A stretch of 51,459 nt of DNA from Erysipelotrichaceae bacterium (lineage in GTDB: Bacteria > Bacillota_I > Bacilli_A > Erysipelotrichales > Erysipelotrichaceae), in NCBI GenBank assembly GCA_012516665.1, contig JAAYWN010000117.1, positions 1-51,459 of the forward strand, written 5' to 3'. Below the pieces are notes generated by a model. That model was not told where the DNA came from. It was given only the letters and a program-made list of their open reading frames with translations, and did no database searches. The first letter of the stretch is position 1, and every line of letters starts with the position of its first letter. The translations under genes were made by a program, and so were the position numbers. Below, piece after piece: positions 29,652-40,577 of this stretch.

Positions 29652-30275
29652 ATGTCAGAAATTAAGATCCAGTATTATGGGCATTCCTGCTTTCAGGTAA
29701 GCTATGAAGGACACAGTGCTGTATTCGATCCTTATGATACGGATGCAGTACCAGGCCTGCAGCTGCCTGCTGGTATCCGCAGCGATGCGGTATACTGTTC
29801 ACACGAGCATACAGATCATAATGCCGCATATTTGATCCAATCGGCAGAAAGGGATCCTTTTCCGCTGTTCCGTGCGTCGGTGCCGCATGATGATGTGCAC
29901 GGAGCCAAAAGGGGATTTACCAATATGACCTTTCTGAAAGTCGGAGACGCTACGATCGTGCATTTGGGAGACATCGGCAGAATGCCGAACGAAGAAGAGT
30001 ATGAAGCACTGCAGAAAGCAGACGTGCTGATGATTCCGGTCGGCGGATACTATACCATTGATGCTTTGCAGGCTTCTGAGATCATTGATAAAGTCCATGC
30101 GCCGCTAAATATTGTAATGCATTATCGCAGAGGCAATCAGGGATATGATGTCTTAGAAGATCTTGAACAGATAAAGAAAGAAATCCCAAGTCTCAAAATA
30201 TTATCTGAGACAGATATGGTCTTTGATGAAGATGCCGTGCCGCAGGAAATCGTAGCATTGGAACCATTGCAGTGA
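29652..30275 (+). CDS. Metallo-beta-lactamase fold hydrolase
   Basis: YYGHSCF, DPY, SHEHTDH, HLGD, PVGG, MHY. Start at ATG 29652 after GAGGAGG. Confidence 0.88.
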   Translation: MSEIKIQYYGHSCFQVSYEGHSAVFDPYDTDAVPGLQLPAGIRSDAVYCSHEHTDHNAAYLIQSAERDPFPLFRASVPHDDVHGAKRGFTNMTFLKVGDATIVHLGDIGRMPNEEEYEALQKADVLMIPVGGYYTIDALQASEIIDKVHAPLNIVMHYRRGNQGYDVLEDLEQIKKEIPSLKILSETDMVFDEDAVPQEIVALEPLQ

Positions 30276-30298
30276 AAAAGCCATCTGATGGCTTTTTT
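30275..30298 (+). terminator. Intrinsic terminator, potentially bidirectional
   Basis: AAAAAGCCAT-CTG-ATGGCTTTTTT. Confidence 0.8.
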
Positions 30299-30326
30299 AT
30301 TGACTGCTTAAGATAATTGACGTTAT

Positions 30327-30353
30327 AAAAAAGGCTCTCTGTCAAGAGAACCT
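30327..30353 (-). terminator. Intrinsic terminator after rnj
   Basis: Minus strand reads AGGTTCTCT-TGAC-AGAGAGCCT followed by a T run. Confidence 0.75.
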
Positions 30354-30361
30354 ATATATGA

Positions 30362-32203
30362 TTATGCCTGTACTGCTTTTTTGCGGGGAGCTCTAGTTTT
30401 TTTAGGAGCTGTATGGGCAGCTGACTTTGCCTTGATCTCTTCCATAGCTGCTTTCTGATTCAGAATGACAGGGATCACAATAGGATTGCGATTCGTCTTT
30501 TTGAAGAGATATGGTTCCAAAGAAGTCTTGATGCAGTTCTTCAGTTCACCGAAGGTAGTTCTCTGCTGCATCTTTTTCTTTAATGCCTCATAAACAACAA
30601 GCTCTGCTTCTTTAAGAAGGGTCTGGGAATCCTTGATATACACAAATCCGCGGGAAACAATGTTTGGCCGGCATAGGATCTTATTGTAGCGGGAATCAAT
30701 TGTCACAATGATAGCAACAAGCCCATTCTCAGCCAAGATCTTACGGTCCTTGATCACTGAAGTGCTCAGACCAGAAGCATCATTGCCATCTACATAGATC
30801 GCATCTGTCTGGATCCTTTCATCTGCCTCAAACACTTCGCCGTTTCTCAGAACAAGCACATCGCCATTTGAACAGATAAAGCAGTTCTCTTTTGGCACAC
30901 CTGTTTCCTGAGCCGTATGAGAATGCTGGACAAGCATCTTATACTCACCATGGTTCGGCATAAAGTACTTTGGTTTGATCAGGTTCAGCATCAATTTCTG
31001 TTCTTCGACCGGTGCATGGCCTGTTGTATGGAAGGAAGTCAATGGAGAATTCGTTACTACATTGGCACCGACTCTGGTCAGCTGATTGATGACACCGGAA
31101 ACAGAGACACCGTTGCCAGGAATCGGATTGGAAGAGAAGAGGACAGTGTCGCCTGGAATGATCTTGATAAAGCGGTGCGTCCCATTGGCAATTCTGCTTA
31201 GAGCAGCCATTGGTTCACCCTGTGAACCTGTGCAGACGATACAGATGCGATTGGCTGGCAGCGTGTTCAGTTCATTGCCCGAAATAAAGGAACTGTCGGG
31301 GATCTTGATAATGCCTAGATTTCTGCCGATCTCAGTTACGTTTTCCATAGATCTGCCGAAGACGGCGATCTTTCTGTTGCATGCAACAGCACATTCTAAG
31401 ATCTGAGCGATACGGTAGACATTGGATGCAAAGGTAGAGACTAACAGTCTTCCCGGTGTCTTTCGCATCTGTTCCATAATAGAATTTGCCACGACCTTTT
31501 CAGAAATTGAAGAACCGGCTACACCGGAGTTGGTGGAATCGCTCATGAGCAGAGTAACGCCAACCTGTCCGATATATGCCATCTTCTGATAGTCAGAATT
31601 CTTGCCGATAGGTGTCAGATCGAACTTGAAGTCGCCGGTCTCAACAATTCTTCCGTTCGGTGTATTGACCAAGATTCCTAAGGAATCCGGGATCGAGTGG
31701 ACCGTATCAAAGAAGCCGATGCTGAAATACTTTGTACGTATTCTTGAATCTGCATTGATCTCAACGATCTTGCAGGAACGTGACAGGCGTCTTTCTTCCA
31801 GTTTTTTTTCAATCAGCGCTTTCGCAAAGCGCGGTGCATAGATCTCTTTCAGATGGATCGACTGCAGAAAGAAAGGAATGCCGCCGATATGGTCTTCATG
31901 ACCATGCGTGATGACAAGTGCTTTGATCTTCTGCTGATTTTTAACTAAGTATGTGTAATCCGGAATGACGTAATCTACGCCAAGCAGATCATCTTCTGGG
32001 AACAAGATGCCGCAGTCAATGATGATGATCTCATCATCATGTTCAATGCAGTACATATTTTTACCAATCTCGCCCAGACCGCCCAAAGCATAGACCAATG
32101 TGTCTTTCTTATGGTCGATCGCATGTCCGATCAGATCAGGCTCAGAAAGGTGAGAATAGCGGACAGGACGGTTTGGCCGTTTTCCGTTTGATGTTTCTTC
32201 CAT
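30362..32203 (-). CDS. rnj: Ribonuclease J
   Basis: ALGGLGEIGKNM, THGHEDHIG, HSIPD, TGDFK, TGSQGEP, HTTGH, PNHGE. Confidence 0.97.
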   Translation of the reverse strand: MEETSNGKRPNRPVRYSHLSEPDLIGHAIDHKKDTLVYALGGLGEIGKNMYCIEHDDEIIIIDCGILFPEDDLLGVDYVIPDYTYLVKNQQKIKALVITHGHEDHIGGIPFFLQSIHLKEIYAPRFAKALIEKKLEERRLSRSCKIVEINADSRIRTKYFSIGFFDTVHSIPDSLGILVNTPNGRIVETGDFKFDLTPIGKNSDYQKMAYIGQVGVTLLMSDSTNSGVAGSSISEKVVANSIMEQMRKTPGRLLVSTFASNVYRIAQILECAVACNRKIAVFGRSMENVTEIGRNLGIIKIPDSSFISGNELNTLPANRICIVCTGSQGEPMAALSRIANGTHRFIKIIPGDTVLFSSNPIPGNGVSVSGVINQLTRVGANVVTNSPLTSFHTTGHAPVEEQKLMLNLIKPKYFMPNHGEYKMLVQHSHTAQETGVPKENCFICSNGDVLVLRNGEVFEADERIQTDAIYVDGNDASGLSTSVIKDRKILAENGLVAIIVTIDSRYNKILCRPNIVSRGFVYIKDSQTLLKEAELVVYEALKKKMQQRTTFGELKNCIKTSLEPYLFKKTNRNPIVIPVILNQKAAMEEIKAKSAAHTAPKKTRAPRKKAVQA

Positions 32204-32249
32204 TATATTTTTTACCTCATTTCTTTAAATAGAATGCTTAACTTCATAA

Positions 32250-32278
32250 AGTATAGCACATCAAAAAAGCTTTCGCAC
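32250..32278 (-). promoter_or_regulatory. Putative extended -10 promoter of rnj
   Basis: Minus strand GTGCGA, 17 bp spacer ending TGc, then TATACT. Confidence 0.45.
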
Positions 32279-32285
32279 AGAAACA

Positions 32286-32852
32286 CTAAATAACGAGTGC
32301 CCCTGGAACTTCTTTATTTGGATGCTTTGGATCAATATAGTCATAGAAAAGCGTACCCTTAAAATGATCCAGTTCATGCTGAAGAACAATGGCCAGATAT
32401 CCTCTGGCACGGATCGTAATGTTCTTATTCTGCAGGAGATCAAATGCTTTTACGGTAACGCGGGCACTTCTGACAACATATCCTTCATGATCCTGGACAA
32501 CAGACAGACAGCCTTCACCACCGCTCAGATATGCTTTCTGAACCGAAGAAGAGATGATCTTTGGATTGACCAGCATGAACTCATAATGTTCCGGCACATC
32601 ATTCTTATCACGATCTTCAACAATGACAGCGGTCAATTGCTTTCTGACACCGACCTGAATGGCACTGATGCCTACGGCTGGACGCAGGTCCAATTTTTTT
32701 GCTTTTTCTTCATCCGTACTGTCCTTGACATATTGAAACAGATCCCGCAGCAGCTTCTCATCTTCTGTACTGAGCGGAAGGGATACGGGCTCTGATTTTT
32801 CGCGAATGATCGGGTTTGGATCTTTGATGATTGTTTCATTATTAATTAGCAT
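32286..32852 (-). CDS. def: Peptide deformylase
   Basis: VGISAIQ, EGCLS, QHELDH. Confidence 0.96.
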   Translation of the reverse strand: MLINNETIIKDPNPIIREKSEPVSLPLSTEDEKLLRDLFQYVKDSTDEEKAKKLDLRPAVGISAIQVGVRKQLTAVIVEDRDKNDVPEHYEFMLVNPKIISSSVQKAYLSGGEGCLSVVQDHEGYVVRSARVTVKAFDLLQNKNITIRARGYLAIVLQHELDHFKGTLFYDYIDPKHPNKEVPGALVI

Positions 32853-32870
32853 TCACTATACCTCGGAATT

Positions 32871-32899
32871 ATTTTAGTGAGTCATGTGCAATATGTCAA
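32871..32899 (-). promoter_or_regulatory. Sigma-A promoter of def
   Basis: Minus strand TTGACA (32899-32894), 17 bp, TAAAAT (32876-32871). Confidence 0.75.
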
Positions 32900-32917
32900 A
32901 GGAATCGCTTCAAAATT

Positions 32918-32946
32918 ATGAAAAGAAGAAAGGAATTTGATATAAT
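32918..32946 (+). promoter_or_regulatory. Putative extended -10 promoter of ftsW-rsmD-coaD-ogt
   Basis: ATGAAA (32918-32923), 17 bp spacer ending TGa, TATAAT (32941-32946). Confidence 0.55.
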
Positions 32947-32953
32947 TTCTGCG

Positions 32954-34174
32954 ATGACAGCAATGAGCACAGCAAATAAAACAAAAAGAAAACTAAAGTT
33001 CAATATTAAAATGCCGTATAAATTCGACGGCTGGATCTATGCAGCCATGGTCCTGCTTGTTTTCTACGGGATCTTGATGGTCACCAGTGCATCCATGGGA
33101 CAGTCGGTTTCCAATCCATCTGTTCTGATCAAAACAGTGATCAAAGAACTTCTGTTTGTATCAATTGGATATATAGCGATGACCTGGATGGCGCAGAAGT
33201 TCACGCTTGATTTTTTAAAGAGCGAACATTTCGCTTCCTTGATCATTATTACGATTGCGGCGCTGTTTGCCTGCTTGGCTTTCCCGGCAACGGGCGGAGC
33301 CCATGCGTGGTGGAAGATCACGGTCGCGGGTATTGAGATCGGCGTTCAGCCGGCTGAATTTGCCAAGATCACATCGATTCTGACTGTGGCGGCGTACTTC
33401 GGTGACAATCATCGGAAGTATCATCATATCTGGAATCTGATCAAGATCCCTGTTCTCAGCATTGGCAGCTATGTCTGCATTGTCTTGTTCGTACAGAAGG
33501 ATTTTGGTTCAGCTATGGTGATTGCATTGATCACTTTCATTATTGTCATGATTCCAACCAATCCGCAGCTGAAATGGCTGAAGATCACTGCTGGATGCAT
33601 GATCGCACTGCTGGTCATCGGCATCTTTGTGTTAGTCTATACAAAATTCGGCGAAGCTTTGATCAATGCCCTGCCGGATGGCTATCAGAAGAAGCGCTTC
33701 ATTTCAGCGGTCAATCCATTCTTGGATAAATATGATTCCAGCTATCAGCTGGTCAATGGCCTGATCGCTTTTGCGAGCGGCGGCTGGTTCGGCAGAGGGC
33801 TGGGAAACAGTGTGCGCAAGTATACAGATTTCCCCGCTGCATCGACAGATTCGATTCTTTCGATCTTAGTGGAGGAATTGGGCTTTGTCGGCTTCTTGGT
33901 CATGATCATTCTTTTCGGCATTATTATTTTTCGTTTATTGAAATATGCACAGAAGATACATAATGAAAAGGCGAAGATCATCTTAGTCGGTGTCGCCATG
34001 TACTTTATGATCCATATCTTCTTTAATATCGGCGGGGTCACGGTGGCGATGCCGCTGACCGGCATTCCGCTGCTGCTGATATCTTCCGGCGGTTCATCAA
34101 CGATCAGTGCCATGATGTCACTTGGCATTGCCCAGTCAGTGATCTCCTCCTATCGGCGAGGACTGATCCAATGA
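32954..34174 (+). CDS. FtsW/RodA/SpoVE family SEDS peptidoglycan glycosyltransferase
   Basis: Multi-TM; QPAEFAK, QKDFGS, YQL...GGWFGRG, TDSILS...EELG, PLTGIPLLLISSGGSS. Start is uncertain (32918, 32954 or 32963). Confidence 0.9.
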   Translation: MTAMSTANKTKRKLKFNIKMPYKFDGWIYAAMVLLVFYGILMVTSASMGQSVSNPSVLIKTVIKELLFVSIGYIAMTWMAQKFTLDFLKSEHFASLIIITIAALFACLAFPATGGAHAWWKITVAGIEIGVQPAEFAKITSILTVAAYFGDNHRKYHHIWNLIKIPVLSIGSYVCIVLFVQKDFGSAMVIALITFIIVMIPTNPQLKWLKITAGCMIALLVIGIFVLVYTKFGEALINALPDGYQKKRFISAVNPFLDKYDSSYQLVNGLIAFASGGWFGRGLGNSVRKYTDFPAASTDSILSILVEELGFVGFLVMIILFGIIIFRLLKYAQKIHNEKAKIILVGVAMYFMIHIFFNIGGVTVAMPLTGIPLLLISSGGSSTISAMMSLGIAQSVISSYRRGLIQ

Positions 34175-34731
34175 GAATCGTTGCTGGAAAATATCGGTCG
34201 CGGCGCATTGAAACAAGAAGTTCTTCTAAGACGCGTCCTACGCTTGACAAGGTCAGAGAAGCTGTTTTTTCTTCGCTTGGCGGAAGCTTCCAGGGCGGCA
34301 GCTTTCTGGATCTCTATGCGGGCAGCGGTGCCAATGGCTTTGAAGCACTTTCACGGGGAATGGAAAGAGCTGTGTTTGTGGATTCATCCGCGGAAGCTTC
34401 GGCAGTGATCCGGCAGAATGCCGCTTCGCTTGGCTGCATAGAAAACTGCGATATATACTGCATGAAAGATACCAAAGCATTGGATCTTTTGAAAGCTGAA
34501 GGAAGACGGTTCAAAGTAATCTATTTAGATCCGCCGTATGCGCAGCAGCATAACATACAGATATTGAATTATATTGATGAGAATGAAATGATGAATGATC
34601 ATGGCGTATTAGTCATTGAATCAGATGCAAAAGATCATTTCACACAGAATTATCGCCATTTGAAGTATTTATTTGATAAAGAATACGGGATGACGAGGAT
34701 GACTTATTACAGATACGAGGAAAAATTATGA
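34171..34731 (+). CDS. rsmD: 16S rRNA m2G966 methyltransferase
   Basis: MRIVAG, TRPTLDKVREAVF, LDLYAGSG, LDPPY; upstream of coaD. Confidence 0.95.
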   Translation: MRIVAGKYRSRRIETRSSSKTRPTLDKVREAVFSSLGGSFQGGSFLDLYAGSGANGFEALSRGMERAVFVDSSAEASAVIRQNAASLGCIENCDIYCMKDTKALDLLKAEGRRFKVIYLDPPYAQQHNIQILNYIDENEMMNDHGVLVIESDAKDHFTQNYRHLKYLFDKEYGMTRMTYYRYEEKL

Positions 34732-35219
34732 AAGCATGTTACCCAGGAACATTTGATCCTATCACGAACGGACATTTGGATATTATTCAGCGGGCATCAA
34801 AGATGTTTGATGAATTGGATGTCTTTCTGATGGTCAATCCAAGAAAGCTCTGTGTCTTCAATGTCGAGGAGAGAAGACAGATGATCGAAGATTCTTTGGC
34901 TTCTATCGGTTCACCGCAGAACGTCAAAGTCGTGATCGGATCTGGCTTGACCGTGGATATGGCACGGACGAATGGATGCGGTGCAATCATCCGGGGAATC
35001 CGAGCGGTATCTGACTATGAATATGAACTGCAGCAGGCAACTGCCAATATGATGCTCGGTCATGATATTGAGACCATTTTCCTGATTGCAAAACCGCAGT
35101 ATTCTTTCCTTTCTTCATCTGTGGTAAAGGAGATTGCAATGTATCATGGAGATATTCTGAATCTTGTGCCTGTACAGATCATTGACCGCGTCAATGACAA
35201 GCTCAGCAAAGATGAATAA
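34728..35219 (+). CDS. coaD: Phosphopantetheine adenylyltransferase
   Basis: YPGTFDPITNGHLDII, RGIRAVSDYEYE, LSSSVVKE. Confidence 0.97.
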   Translation: MKACYPGTFDPITNGHLDIIQRASKMFDELDVFLMVNPRKLCVFNVEERRQMIEDSLASIGSPQNVKVVIGSGLTVDMARTNGCGAIIRGIRAVSDYEYELQQATANMMLGHDIETIFLIAKPQYSFLSSSVVKEIAMYHGDILNLVPVQIIDRVNDKLSKDE

Positions 35220-35691
35220 GCATAGCAGCACTTATATTTCGCCGCTTGGCCGGATCGTCATCACGGCCGAAGATGATTCTTTGGTCGGTCTATGTTTCAG
35301 CGATGAAGCAGATCTGCCATATCCAAGAAAAGAGAATACGGTAATCAAGGAGACAGAGAAATGGCTGGATGCTTACTTTGCCGGAAAAAATCCTGCGATG
35401 AATATTTCCTGTACTGCAAAAGGGACTTTGTTTCAGCGGATGGTATGGAAGATCGTGCAGACGATCCCTTATGCAGGTTCGATGAGCTATCAGGAGATCG
35501 GGCAGCAGGTCTGCCTGCTTCTTGGCAGGAAAAGCATGTCGGCACAGGCGGTCGGACAGGCCGTGGCAAAGAATCCGATCTTGATCCTGATCCCATGCCA
35601 CAGAGTGCTAGGAAAGGATGGCAGACCGCGCGGATACAGGGGCGGAATTGAGCGGCAGAGATCGCTGCTTCGGCTGGAGGACCATATATAA
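35212..35691 (+). CDS. ogt: Methylated-DNA-protein-cysteine methyltransferase
   Basis: SPLG, GTLFQRMVW, AVGQA, active site IPCHRV. Start at ATG 35212 overlapping the end of coaD. Confidence 0.92.
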   Translation: MNKHSSTYISPLGRIVITAEDDSLVGLCFSDEADLPYPRKENTVIKETEKWLDAYFAGKNPAMNISCTAKGTLFQRMVWKIVQTIPYAGSMSYQEIGQQVCLLLGRKSMSAQAVGQAVAKNPILILIPCHRVLGKDGRPRGYRGGIERQRSLLRLEDHI

Positions 35692-35695
35692 GAAG

Positions 35696-35720
35696 AAAAG
35701 GCCTAAAATGGTCTTTTTTT
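35696..35720 (+). terminator. Probable intrinsic terminator after ogt
   Basis: AAAAGGCC-TAAAAT-GGTCTTTT followed by TTT. Confidence 0.55.
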
Positions 35721-35737
35721 GCAGGTTCTGAAACAAA

Positions 35738-35764
35738 TTAGCACTTAAATCTTGACAGTGCTAA
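35738..35764 (+). promoter_or_regulatory. CIRCE element 1 (HrcA operator), overlapping the -35
   Basis: TTAGCACTT-N9-CAGTGCTAA against the consensus TTAGCACTC-N9-GAGTGCTAA. Confidence 0.92.
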
Positions 35765-35780
35765 AACCGGGATGTAAGAT
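35752..35780 (+). promoter_or_regulatory. Sigma-A promoter of the hrcA operon
   Basis: TTGACA (35752-35757), 17 bp, TAAGAT (35775-35780). Confidence 0.8.
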
Positions 35781-35781
35781 A

Positions 35782-35808
35782 CTAGCAGACATTCGTTAAG
35801 AGTGCTAA
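35782..35808 (+). promoter_or_regulatory. CIRCE element 2, at the expected transcription start
   Basis: CTAGCAGAC-N9-GAGTGCTAA, with a perfect right arm. Confidence 0.8.
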
Positions 35809-35829
35809 AGGAGGCGGAAAAGAAGAAGA

Positions 35830-36852
35830 ATGCTGACACCAAGAAGAATTGAGATCTTCAAAGCAATCGTTGATGAATACATCAAGACTGCGGAACCGGT
35901 CGGTTCCAAAGCTCTTCAGCAGCAGTATCATCTTCCGTACTCCAGCGCGACGATCCGCAATGATATGCAGGAATTGGAAGAGATGGGGTATCTTGAAAAG
36001 ACACACACATCTTCCGGACGTGTGCCAAGCACAGCTGGATATAAATTCTACTGTGAGAATCTGCTCGATGATGCGCATATCGATCAGAAAATGGAAGTGG
36101 CGATCAAAGAAGCGTTTGATGCAACAAATCTGAATGTTGAAGAAGCGGTGCGGCACAGCTGTGAGATCCTGTCAGAAATGACCAATATGACGACAGGCGC
36201 GGTTGGACCGGATGCGTCCGAACAAAGATTGAAACATATCAAACTGTTCCCCTTGGATGATCGCAATGCCATCTGTGTCTTTATCACGAACAGCGGTCAT
36301 ACGGAAACAAAGAACTTTTATTTCGAGGAAGCTGTTTCACTGAAAGATATTGAGACATGCACAGATATCCTGAATGAGAAACTGAAGAATGTACGCATTG
36401 ATCAGCTTGTTGAAAAGATGCAGGCTCTGAAACCAGAGCTGAGCCAAGTGGTCGAAAGACATGAGCTTCTGTTTGCGGCCTTCGTGAAGGCCTTCGTCAG
36501 ATTTGCCAATGAGAATGTATATTTCTCAGGCAAAGATAAAATGCTTTATCAGCCGGAATTTGAAGATATTGATAAGCTGAAGAAATTGATGACGATGCTG
36601 GATGATTCCTCGGTATGGAAAAATATGACGGGGAAAGCAAATGCAGTTGCCGTGACAACAAAAGGGGCAGAATTGACATGGATCAATGATCTTGCGGTCG
36701 TGCGTTCAAAGTTCCATGTGAATGATGAAGAGACCGGAGAGTTCATGGTCGTAGGACCGAGCCGGATGAATTATGACAAGATAGTTGCAATGGTGGAATA
36801 TGCCGCCAAAATGATAGAAACGATATATAACGAAGGAGGCGGTGAAAAGTAA
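35830..36852 (+). CDS. hrcA: Heat-inducible transcription repressor HrcA
   Basis: EPVGSK, SSATIRNDM.ELEEMGYLEKTHTSSGRVPS, VVGPSRMNY; CIRCE elements upstream. Confidence 0.97.
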   Translation: MLTPRRIEIFKAIVDEYIKTAEPVGSKALQQQYHLPYSSATIRNDMQELEEMGYLEKTHTSSGRVPSTAGYKFYCENLLDDAHIDQKMEVAIKEAFDATNLNVEEAVRHSCEILSEMTNMTTGAVGPDASEQRLKHIKLFPLDDRNAICVFITNSGHTETKNFYFEEAVSLKDIETCTDILNEKLKNVRIDQLVEKMQALKPELSQVVERHELLFAAFVKAFVRFANENVYFSGKDKMLYQPEFEDIDKLKKLMTMLDDSSVWKNMTGKANAVAVTTKGAELTWINDLAVVRSKFHVNDEETGEFMVVGPSRMNYDKIVAMVEYAAKMIETIYNEGGGEK

Positions 36853-37460
36853 TGGATCAAGAGAAAAAGGATATTCCTGAAACTGAAAAAGAGCCGGAGA
36901 AAGCAGAAGTGAAGCAGGAACCGGAAAAGCAGGAAGAGAAACACGAAGAGAAACAAGAAAAGCATGGTAAATTCGGTGATAAGAAAGCTGAGAAGGAACA
37001 TGCCAAGATCGCAGAATTGGAAAAGAAGAATCAGGAATTGGAAGACAAGGTTGCCGTACTGAAAAATGAATATGCGAAAGCATATGCAGATACGGAGAAC
37101 ATGCGCAAGAGACTGAATAAAGAACATGAGTCTTTTGTGAAGTATCACATGCAGGATTTTGCCAAAGAAGTCCTGCCGGTATTGGACAACTGTGAAAGAG
37201 CACTTGCCGCAAAAAGCAGTGATGAAGCACTGCATAAGGGCGTAGAGATGATCTACAGTCAGCTGAAGAACGCTTTGAGCAAAGAAGGCGTCAGTGAGAT
37301 CGAAGCAGATGGGAAACCGTTTGACGGCAATTGGCATCAGGCACTGATGAGCGAACATGTGGATGGTGTTGAACCGGGCATGGTCGTTGAAGTGCTGCAG
37401 AAGGGCTACAAATTAAATGACCGCATCATCAGAGCGGCAATGGTAAAGGTCAGTGAGTGA
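36852..37460 (+). CDS. grpE: Nucleotide exchange factor GrpE
   Basis: ADTENMRKR, LPVLDN.ERAL, VLQKGYKLNDRIIRAAMVKV. Confidence 0.97.
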   Translation: MDQEKKDIPETEKEPEKAEVKQEPEKQEEKHEEKQEKHGKFGDKKAEKEHAKIAELEKKNQELEDKVAVLKNEYAKAYADTENMRKRLNKEHESFVKYHMQDFAKEVLPVLDNCERALAAKSSDEALHKGVEMIYSQLKNALSKEGVSEIEADGKPFDGNWHQALMSEHVDGVEPGMVVEVLQKGYKLNDRIIRAAMVKVSE

Positions 37461-37473
37461 CCGGGAGGGTTAA

Positions 37474-39303
<1,830 letters not shown>

Positions 39304-39317
39304 GTTGAATTGTATTT

Positions 39318-39354
39318 CACAGATGCGGGACAGATGTTTCCGCATTCTGTGTTT
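39318..39354 (+). terminator. Hairpin between dnaK and dnaJ (partial terminator or mRNA stabiliser)
   Basis: CACAGATGCGGGAC-AGAT-GTTTCCGCATTCTGTG followed by TTT. Confidence 0.6.
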
Positions 39355-39374
39355 CATGGAAGGCAGGGTACAAG

Positions 39375-40535
39375 ATGGCCGATAAGAGAGACTATTACGA
39401 AGTCCTAGGCGTATCAAAGAATGCAACGGATGATGAGATCAAGAAAGCGTATCGAAAGCTGGCAAAGAAATATCATCCAGATCTGAATAAAGAACCGGGC
39501 GCAGCAGAAAAATTCAAAAAGGTCAATGAAGCAAATGAAGTCCTATCTGATCCGCAGAAGCGTCAGAAGTATGATCAGTTCGGATTTGCTGGGGTTGATC
39601 CAAATGCAGCCGGAGGATTTGGCGATATGGGCGGCTTCTCCAGTGCAGGCTTTGATGATCTAGGAGATATTTTCAATTCTTTCTTCGGCGGCGGTATGGG
39701 CAGCAATATGGGCGGCGGCTACAGCCAGCGCTCTGCCAGACGTGATACGAGCCCGAAGCGCGGTCAGGATAAATACATGCGGATGAATGTATCTTTCATG
39801 GATGCATGTTTCGGCAAGACTGAGACGATCAACATCAGTGTCGATGAACAGTGTGAGCATTGCCATGGTACGGGCGCAGACAGTCCAAGCAGTATACAGA
39901 CATGTCCGACATGTCATGGATCTGGCGTTGTTATTACCCAGCAGAGATCGATCTTCGGTATGGTCCAGCAGCAGTCGGTATGTCCGACCTGCGGCGGTAC
40001 GGGCAAGAAGATCAAGAAAGCATGCCATGTATGCAATGGCGCAGGCTATCTGCATAAGCGGGTATCGGTAGATGTGAAGATCCCGGCTGGCATTGCTACA
40101 GGCCAGCAGCTCAGAGTGGCTGGCAAGGGTGAGAGAGGTTCCAATGGCGGCCCGAACGGAGATCTCTTTATTGAGGTCAATGTCCTGGCACATGGTTCCT
40201 TTGAACGTATCGGCAAAGATATTGAACTGGAGATCCCGGTAACAGCAATCGATGCAACCATGGGATGCAGTGTTGATGTTCCGACAATTCATGGCGATGT
40301 GACCATGAAGATACCCGCTGGTACGCAGGATGGTGCACGTCTGCGTCTGAAAGGACAGGGCGTTCCGGATATCCGCGGCGGCAAGCAGGGAGATCAGATC
40401 TGTACTGTACGCATCAAGGTCGATGAGAATCTGACGAAGCAGGAAAAGGAACTGTATCAGCAGCTCCAGGATCTGCAGAACAGCGGCCGCGGCGATACCG
40501 TATGGCAGAAGTTCAAGAATAGTTTTAAGAATTAA
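39375..40535 (+). CDS. dnaJ: Chaperone DnaJ
   Basis: J domain with HPD, G/F-rich region and four CxxCxGxG repeats. Confidence 0.98.
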   Translation: MADKRDYYEVLGVSKNATDDEIKKAYRKLAKKYHPDLNKEPGAAEKFKKVNEANEVLSDPQKRQKYDQFGFAGVDPNAAGGFGDMGGFSSAGFDDLGDIFNSFFGGGMGSNMGGGYSQRSARRDTSPKRGQDKYMRMNVSFMDACFGKTETINISVDEQCEHCHGTGADSPSSIQTCPTCHGSGVVITQQRSIFGMVQQQSVCPTCGGTGKKIKKACHVCNGAGYLHKRVSVDVKIPAGIATGQQLRVAGKGERGSNGGPNGDLFIEVNVLAHGSFERIGKDIELEIPVTAIDATMGCSVDVPTIHGDVTMKIPAGTQDGARLRLKGQGVPDIRGGKQGDQICTVRIKVDENLTKQEKELYQQLQDLQNSGRGDTVWQKFKNSFKN

Positions 40536-40577
40536 GCTTAACACGCTTCAGAGGGAGACTGAGGAGGTGGCAAGTAT

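Noticed and set aside
39660-40544. 294 aa antisense ORF opposite dnaJ
   Set aside because: Lies almost wholly opposite a conserved gene, has no recognisable motifs, and is explained by sense-strand codon bias suppressing antisense stops.
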